Below, piece after piece: positions 56,237-64,000 of a DNA stretch of 64,000 nt (positions are counted from its first letter, which is position 1; every line of letters begins with the position of its first letter). The notes under the pieces are model-generated. The model saw only the letters and a list, made by a program, of their open reading frames with translations. It was not told the origin of the DNA and ran no database searches. A program made the translations under genes and the position numbers. The DNA is taken from positions 5,642,001 to 5,706,000 of the forward strand of contig OU015569.1 of the NCBI GenBank assembly GCA_907165135.1, written 5' to 3'. This DNA is from Oikopleura dioica. Lineage: Eukaryota; Animalia; Chordata.

Positions 56237-57907
56237 TCAAAATCCAGCGCCTCTTGGCATCCTCCGCTCACGAGGGTCTTCATCGTCGGAATCATCTGAT
56301 TGCCTCCTAGAAACATTTATACGACAAAATTGCGCTTTCTAACTCACCTTCTTGCATTGAGATCAGGACGCTGAATTCGTCTAGGTTTTTCGTCTTCTGA
56401 TCCATAAGCGGAGCTGGAATAGCCAGCTGCATTTGACATGTCTCTAGTGCCTCTTGTGGCTTGAATTCTTGCGTGAAGAGGATCCATGCCCATTGCAAGT
56501 AATTGGTTTTCTCTTACGGCGCCCATCACTTCAGGCCTAGAGATTTCAATAAGAATGAAAAATGCCCTTCAATCACCTATTTGCCATCAGATCTGGATTG
56601 AGCTGCGGCATGACAGATGCTGGCATCGCCGCCTCATCCGCCAAGGAGCCTAGATCTTCGGCCATTTCACGATTGCGTTGGTTTTGCTCGAATTCCTCAA
56701 TCTCTTTTGTTTCCGAGAAGATCTTGCGCTTGATGCATGCAATCAACGCGATGAAGATGATCAGTCCGAGAACCGCAGCGGGAGCAATTATAGCCACCTT
56801 TATCTTCTCCATAGCATCACATAAAGGTCCCTTCAAAATCATTCGTGCTTATTTAGAGTAATTTAGTCTACCTCCAAAGAAATGAGGCGAGAATAAGCTC
56901 TTTCTCTTGACTTTTCGTCGCCACCTGCCATACACTGTAATTGCTCCACATTTGAAACTCTTCAGATGAGTATGAAAATTTTCTCGAATTAACGGATTCC
57001 CGAGATAGCTTGAGACGGATGTTTTGAACTCATTCCTTGAACTTTGAAGCCTGAGCCAGCTGACGAACGATTGCTGGGCACAGTCACAAATAAGCGGGTT
57101 TACGGAAATATCGATGGTGGTATTAAAAGCAAGTTCATCAAAGCTGTCTGGGGTCACGTGGACAAACCAGTTGTCGGAAATGTCCAAGTGAATGAGATTT
57201 TTGAGTCCAAAAAAGCTATCTATTGAAATGAAATTCATGTGATTTCCACTAAGATCCAGGTATTGAAGCTTCACCAAAGCGCCAAAAAGAGGCTAGAAAA
57301 TGATATAGACCGGAATTGATGGAAAAAAACTTACTCTGTCAATAAAAGAGATTAAATTATCAGAAAGATCGAGTTTGACAAGTTCTGGAAGTTTCAAAAC
57401 TCCAGAAAGTTCTTGAGCTCTGAGGTTGTTCCTTCTTAAAATCAGCTGCTGGATTTTCGGAGTGCGATCAAACGCGTCTATTGAAATTTCCATCAGTTGG
57501 TTAGTTGACAAAGATAGATTCCGCAATTCCGGAAAGCTCGCAAATGTTTCCTTTGAGATGCTTGCGAAAGCATTTACTGGCAGCTCGAGTACTTCTACTG
57601 ATTCCATCGTGCCAAGACCCGCGGTCGAGTTGATCGAGTTTCCTTGAAGATTAATAAGCCGCAGCATTGTCAACGGTTTGAGCTTGGACACGTCGAGTAC
57701 TGATATTTTATTAAACCGAGCCCACAATTCCACCAGTCGGTTATCATTAGGAAAAGCTGGCACGGACTCCAGTCCACTGCGATCCATATAAAGATGGTGG
57801 AAACTTCGCAGATCGCTTTCAGGAAGAATTCTTTCCCAATCTTCGTCTCGATTTGAGCATTCTTTTTGGCCGGACTGGCCATCGCAGCAGCAAAATTCGC
57901 ATTTCAC
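56237..57907 (-). CDS. Single-pass LRR membrane protein (LRRNT, about 10 LRRs, LRRCT, TM, short tail; no TIR)
   Basis: LRLINLQGNSI, LRNLSLSTNQL, LVKLDLSDNLI, LQYLDLSGNHM; LRRCT NPLICDCAQQSFVSWL; TM VAIIAPAAVLGLIIFIALIACI; spliced tail to a stop at 56237. Signal exon not located. Confidence 0.87.
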
Positions 57908-58595
57908 GAATTTGCTTGGCTCTATAAATGATATAAAGACTGCTCACTGTTGATCATTTTGAGAAAAAATCAATTGAGAAAAAAAGAGAATCTAAAAATT
58001 GAACATCTTTACCTTTATCCTTGGGTACCAGTGGATCCTCATAATACTTCTTAATTCTAGTGACACTCTCACATGATTTCTGCTGGCTTCTGCTGATAAA
58101 AAGTAACGGAATGAGAGCGTATTTCATCTGTTGGCTTACTCTGAGGCTGCATCCGTACTCGGCGCATTCTCGCGTAGCGTGAAATTAAAACCGCTTCAGG
58201 ACGAGTCACGGTGGAGGAGGTTCCATCCTTTTTTTTATCGGTCCGTCAAAGGGACTCTGGAATGTTGGTATCCACGCTCCGATATATGAAAAGATATTTA
58301 GAATAAGATGGTTTTTGAGATTGGCAAAAATCTGCACTTTTTTTAATAAATTTTTGTTGCATGAGCTAACTTACTAAATTGCGGGAAGTTAGCTTTTCCT
58401 TCTACTTTAGAACGCCGGGTGAAAATTAATCATACAAAGCCACGTTCTTTCTCATCCCTTCCGATTTATTGCGCCTCGAAAACGTGAGAAACTGACGGCC
58501 TGAGAACTCTTACGAGTCAGCCGGTAATCTCTCTCCATCATAAAATCGCTGGCCAGTCATGAACAGCGCTTTAGTTCAAGATATTGAAAAGAGGG

Positions 58596-59240
58596 ATGGG
58601 CAAATATTTCACAAATCCGGACGAAGATCTTTTTAATCCTCTGTGTCCGGATTTACATGTACCAGCTGAGTATCTAAGAGTCTGGCGCATACACGAAGAA
58701 AAAGGATCGATTCAGTTGCAGCAAGTTGAGACCAATGAAAATTCCTACGGTGTATATTTGGTTGACAATTTTTTTCTTCCATAAGCTATCATTTTTTCAG
58801 TGCTGCTTCAAAACAACGACCAACATAGAGTCGCTGAATGCTTTGAATGGGGTGGCTAGTACGTACTTTACTGATGCGATCCAAGCATAGGCTTCCCACC
58901 TCGCTCTGAAATCCTTATTTTTATGTCAGAGTATGGTGGTAACCCTATTTAAGCCCAACTCTCTACGACTTGCTCGATGAGCAAGACTCTCAATTTATCT
59001 AGCCTAAAGCTCTGGCCGATATTGCTACTTGGCTTCATACTAACAATTATAGCGATAGCGATTTTCATCTATATTTCTTTCTATAAAAAATACAAACATA
59101 CTTTTCGCGGAGAAAGCCCAACACACGTCCCAGGTTGCGGAATGCACGGGCATATTGGAACCTTACCGAGACTAAGCAACGGCTCTTCGAAATTGTATTT
59201 AAAGATCGACATAGGAACGGAATCGAAGAGCCAATTTTAA
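58596..59240 (+). CDS. Small single-pass membrane protein of unknown function
   Basis: Exon candidates from ATG 58596 splice to ORF 58977-59240 with TM LWPILLLGFILTIIAIAIFIYISFYKK; the model is uncertain. Confidence 0.45.
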
Positions 59241-59922
59241 TTCGTGGCGACACTTATCTAGCACCAAGGAGCGAGAGAAAATATTCAAGTCAAATGCACT
59301 CTGAAGATGGCGACTCAGGCTGTGGAGATTTAGCAACTTTCAGGAAAAGGACGGATATGGCAAACTTTTACTTTGTGATCAGTTTTAACCTTCCCTTTAT
59401 GAGACCGCTTCCAGATCTTCCAGAGCCTCTTTTGTTTGCGTGAAATTCTGTTTCTAATGATAAATAAATCTACGTTTTAAAATCCAGATATATTTTTGTC
59501 TCCCAAAAGATACTCTACCATACAGTTATGTTCGAGGGTTAATTTGCATGCATTACACTAATTGAAGTATTCACAGGTGAAACAAAATGTCAAAAATTCA
59601 TGGAACGGAGGGGCTCGCCAGCTCATATATATAACAGCTGTATTCTATGAACTGAAATCAAAGAAGAGAATTAACTAAATTGATTTGGATGAATTTCCAG
59701 ATATTTGCGTTTGTTTTTTCCAGGAGAGGAAAACTAATCATATATTATGATGGTTATTTAATTGGTTTATTTTTCTATTATATAAGCAAGGATTTGTAAG
59801 AAAACGTAGTTAGCCTTTGAAAGAGCTTTGTTCGCTCGTGTAATGTGGACAACGAAGGATCAACTGAAAAAATGAACATCCAGTCAGCGAACCAACTATT
59901 CGATCTCTGGAGTCTCATGAAT

Positions 59923-61604
59923 TCAGACGACGAATATTTCAAAGGACTCGGAAACGGACTTGTAACATACTAATCTGTATTAAATATCTTCATCAATAAA
60001 TTCATCCAATTGAACTCAAGCGACAGTCTGTCAACACGGACAACCTCTCCGACTTTTGTAGAAAGGACTCAAGCAGTAAGCGGTAAAACATCTCATTCGG
60101 GTTTGCCGGATCAGTCTTCTTTGCCAGTCGATAAAGAGAAAGAGCATAATTGAAAATCGCGAATTTTTCGGAGTTCACCTGTAGCAAGCATTAGGTAAAA
60201 TTTGTAACGAAATAGAGCACCTGGAGAAGAATCAGATAATCTCGGTGAACTTTGAAATTTTTAATCGGTAGATTTGAAATGAACTCGTCTACAATCTTTG
60301 ATTCTTCGGAAAAGAGCTTCACCATAATATCGATGATCGAAACAAGCGCAAGAAAGGAATAAAGTGTCACCATTATCGCCATGAGGAACGTTCGCCTCGG
60401 AACAGAGGAAAAACGGCCTTGATGTGAGTTTGAAATCCATCAATACCAAAACTGTCTGTTCCGTTGTAGTAATAACTCTGAGGCAGAGGACAGTCAAATA
60501 AAATGGGGTTGAACCGCCCCACTGCACTTACGGATTATGAATCACTTTTATGAATTCTTTACTTATAAGTAAGTATTATATATATAATATATGCATAAGT
60601 TATTATAAAACTTTTATTATATAAGTAATGTTTCGTTTAACCCGAGTCAAGAGTTATTGCACTTATAAAAAGGACCACAAGAATCAAAAATATAATTGTT
60701 AAAACCCTCGTAAACGTTACGCTGATCGGTATCTTAAAAGATTATGGCGATAATGATTATTATTGATTATTATTTCAATAATTAAACCCGGTTTAATTTA
60801 AACCTTCGCTGATGCAATAAGATCATTAAGCTCGGCAAAATAGTTGTCTGGAAGGTGGCCCTTTCCAATGCGCTTTTGGATATAGTTTTTATCTATTTCC
60901 TTCGTGTTATCTGGTAAATCGCTAAAGACACCAAGTGTTTCTCATAAATCGGTTTTTAATTCAGTACAGAAGTTTGCTTTTATCGCTAAAATACGACTTC
61001 CTGTGATAGATTCCTCAATACCGTCCGCCAGATAATTAATGACAGCGCGAGACTCCTCCTTCTTTAGTTCTTGCCGAATTTTTCTGATGGCGTACATTAT
61101 TCCACACACTGCAATGATAATAAAAGGCAGACATGGGTAATGAAGAAGAGATATTTGTCCCACGCTCGGGTCCTCGTTTGCTAAATGAGCCCAGCAGTAA
61201 TCTTTGATCAAAGGAATCTGAGATCGTCGGTCAAAAACAAGAACACCGGTAAACACGCGTGATTGATGATTTGGATTGAAAACTTCGAGCTGTCCTTTTC
61301 CGTAGAGATCGTAGCCATAAGTCACTCCAATTAGAAGCACGACCACACAAGTCATGACTGTCGGGGTCAATATCAAATACAATTTAAAGGTTATTTACAG
61401 ATAAAGATTTTTAAGATTAAAAACTCAATAGTATTATCAAAGGACCTTCCTGACCAGACACTTACGAAAGCCTTGGAAAGATTATTTGCTTGGGACTCAC
61501 TTTTACTTTACCTCGACAGGGCTAAGCAAATCAAGACCATCCTGAGAATCAAGCAAAGAATTCAGGATTGTGTCAAACTTCCCTATCCCAAAAATAACGC
61601 TCAT
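59923..61604 (-). CDS. Pannexin/innexin-like four-TM channel
   Basis: TM1 FLILKIFIFMTCVVVLLIGVTY; GQLEVFNP (Panx1 TQISCFSP); DYCWAHL (Panx1 SYCWAAV); TM2 LHYPCLPFIIIAVCGIMY (Panx1 HKFFPYILLLFAILLY); TM3 FTRVLTIIFLILVVLFI; ECL2 FDC...NGT; TM4 LMAIMVTLYSFLALVSII. Confidence 0.68.
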
Positions 61605-62023
61605 CTCTTTCGACGGAAATGAATTGTCGAATTATTTGAAAATAAATAAAAGCGCCCTGCCTTGATGACAACAATGAGACTTTTTAATAAAATTGATTAA
61701 ATATTGCGTCGTAAAGATGGACTAGTACATTTTGAAGACAAGGATGATTTTTAGACATGTTCATGTTAGAGATTTGACCTGATTTTAAGGAAGGAATCGA
61801 GTTTGTATCACTAGAAAAATCCGCGAATTTCGAAGGAGATTTAATTATAACCCGGTAGCCGGAAGGAAAGTTATGCCACATAATATTTCGATTTTTCAGT
61901 TAGTTAAGGAGATTGAAGTGAGTTAGTTGTTTTGTTTGAGCAAAGACAGTGTTTGCAAAGCGGTGACACATTTACCAGTGGTACACTAAGTTGCTTGAAA
62001 AAGGATATATTTTATTTTCGAAA

Positions 62024-63384
62024 GATGGTTTTCAAGAGCGGTCTAACGAAGGCGGAGCAAGAGAAGGCACAGAATGAGCTCAACGAGGATCCAGCAACGA
62101 TAAACGAAAAATTGAAGAGCTTAGGTAATTTTGATAATTACCTGTAAACGAAAAATTCAGAGTTGTTAGCCCAAGAGTTCCAAGTCTAATTTCTGAGTTC
62201 TCGGTCTTAGTTGCTTTTAACTTCACTTTCAAACAAATGAAGGGCTCTTGAGCCACTTAATCAAACAGAAATACTTGCTGGCTTGAACTTTATTAGTAAA
62301 TAATATTTACGAGTAAAACATTATTAGGAGCAATTGTAAGAAGAGCAAGAAAATACCCGTTGCAGCGCATCCAAGATTAGAGGACGACTCATTCATAGTT
62401 CGTTATTTGCGAGTTACGAAGTACGATCTGAAGAAGGCGGAAGAGAAAATCACTGCCCTCTTTCAGCTCGTGATAGATTGGCCGGAAGTTTTTGGCGATT
62501 TGAAATGGACACCGGAGATCGAAAAAGTCTTCGACTCTGGCGTTATGGAACTTCTGGAGCCGGAAGATGATGGATGCTGGGTTCTGACTTCTGCTTCGGG
62601 CAGGTGGGATCCTGCTGAAATTCCGGCTCATGCTCTTCATCAAGAAAAAGGTTTCAAACTAAAGCGAGACGCAGATGTATGATCATAAAAAGTACTCCTT
62701 AAAAATTATTTGGGATCATTTCAAAAGCATCCGCATTTCTACGGGAGTGGCTAATCGAGCACGAAAGTGTGCAGGTACATGGAATTCGCTTCATTATCGA
62801 TCACGGTGGAATGAGCTGGAGTCGATTTCGCGCTGTCGGTCTCAAATCAGCAAAAATGGGAGGGCGTTTCGATGCCTGTTCGCCCTTCAGAAACAAACGA
62901 TCATTCGTTTTGAATGTAAAATGATAGCTTTCGATAGGATATAAATAAAGTTCAGTGCCCAGGTTGGCTCGAGACTGTATTCAACATCGTCAAAAAGTTC
63001 TTTTCGAAGAAGACTCTCGAGCGAGTCGTCATTTTGCCGAAAGGAGCCGATTGGGAAGAGCTCTACAAAGAAGTTCCTAAAGAACGTTTGCCTGAGTACT
63101 TGGGAGGAACAGCACCATCTTGTGGTTATTTTTATATGAATGAAATCGTCCTCATATTGATTTTAGAACAAGCTTGGATAAAGGATTTGAAAGCAAACTC
63201 GAAGCGAATAGAGAAGAAGTTTGAGTTTATGAAGGCGCTCTGCGATCCAAAGTAGCTTCTATAAATATTTCTACTCTGAATTTATGTCTTCAGTTTTGTC
63301 CCAGAAACAGACGAAACTGACAATGAGCTGTCAGAAGAAATGGCCAAGTTAGAAGTAGAAGCGAAAAAGGGAACCCTCTTCTAA
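62024..63384 (+). CDS. CRAL-TRIO/Sec14 lipid-binding protein (alpha-TTP/clavesin-like)
   Basis: AQNELNEDP, LEDDSFIVRYLRVTKYDLKKAEEKI (CRAL-TRIO N), C-terminal LYKEVPKERLPEYLGG; stop at 63384 after an acidic tail. Confidence 0.9.
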
Positions 63385-63904
63385 AGAAAACGCTGTTCAT
63401 AGTCTGTTATTATTCAATATATTGAGATATAATTTCAATTAATCAGCTAACACAAGTCGAAACAGATAGACAAGCATTCTACGTGTTGCTTATCGTTCTT
63501 GAAGCAATGTAGCGAGAATAGAAGGTGCCGATAAAGGCAATACCGTCTTGACTAATTTATACTAGTGACTAAGAAAGGGACTTCATTTGTCAATCTTTGA
63601 CAGGAGTTGGACCTGCGGAGTATTAGAATTCTCATTTAAATTTCCTCGGAGCAGTTCCACTGAAATTTTCCAAGTAATAAATATTCATAGCCTATGAATT
63701 ATATCTACTTTAAATCTTGTCCTATTTATCTAATAAGTCATTAGATAATAATTATAAGTAATAACTCTTCGTAAAAATATTACATGGGATCTCATATTCA
63801 CAAGCCAAAAAACATTCGAAAAGTTATTTTGCTTATTGGTTTCTTGTACTTATAAAACGAAAAGAACAAAGAAAAATCGTATATTCAGTAGAGAGAGAGT
63901 CAGA

Positions 63905-63967
63905 GAACGTAGTCTTCGGCTTCTTCGGAGTCTTCGTCGGAGTCTTTTTCTTCGGAGTCTTCTTCCC
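63905..63967 (-). repeat. Short gaagactcc/gactccgaag low-complexity repeat, probably the coding tail of a gene beyond the window
   Basis: Reads WEEDSEEKDSDEDSEEAEDYVL* in one frame and KKTPKKKTPTKTPKKPK in another. Confidence 0.4.
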
Positions 63968-64000
63968 AATTTTTTTTTTTTGCTGAAACACTCTTTGCCT

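Noticed and set aside
56237-56842. Toll-like receptor call for the LRR-TM gene
   Set aside because: The spliced cytoplasmic tail is short and has no TIR boxes.
60942-61382. First read as TM4-5 of a secretin/adhesion GPCR (CW motif)
   Set aside because: Only four TMs splice together, and the QLEVFNP / YCW / HYPCLPFI spacing matches pannexins better.

Overview
Compact, gene-dense animal DNA with 35-75 nt introns, at least one GA-AG and two GC-AG introns, and chordate-type PEA3, ephrin-B and TR2/TR4 genes. This is most consistent with a larvacean tunicate such as Oikopleura (inferred, not verified). Genes from left to right: 3' part of a heme peroxidase with an unusual C-terminal LRR-like tail (+); an AC5/6-like transmembrane adenylyl cyclase (-); an intronless orphan type II membrane protein (+); a PEA3/ETV1-4-5 ETS gene with a probable 8-kb first intron rich in ETS/GATA sites (+); a Zn-finger/coiled-coil/RING gene, a small coiled-coil gene and an NR2C nuclear receptor (-); a divergent class A GPCR (-); a roughly 8.4-kb astacin-LDLa-trefoil-mucin-three-finger gene (-) that probably hosts one or two nested opposite-strand genes; ephrin-B (-); an LRR single-pass protein (-); a pannexin-like channel (-); and a CRAL-TRIO protein (+). 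Six non-autonomous TIR elements (MITEs) have clear TSDs, one nested inside another. Highlights are a hAT MITE inside the astacin catalytic-domain exon that could be removed as a new GA-AG intron, the multidomain protease-mucin gene, and a pannexin that appears to have lost both cysteines of one disulfide. All gene models were spliced by hand; no database searches were run.
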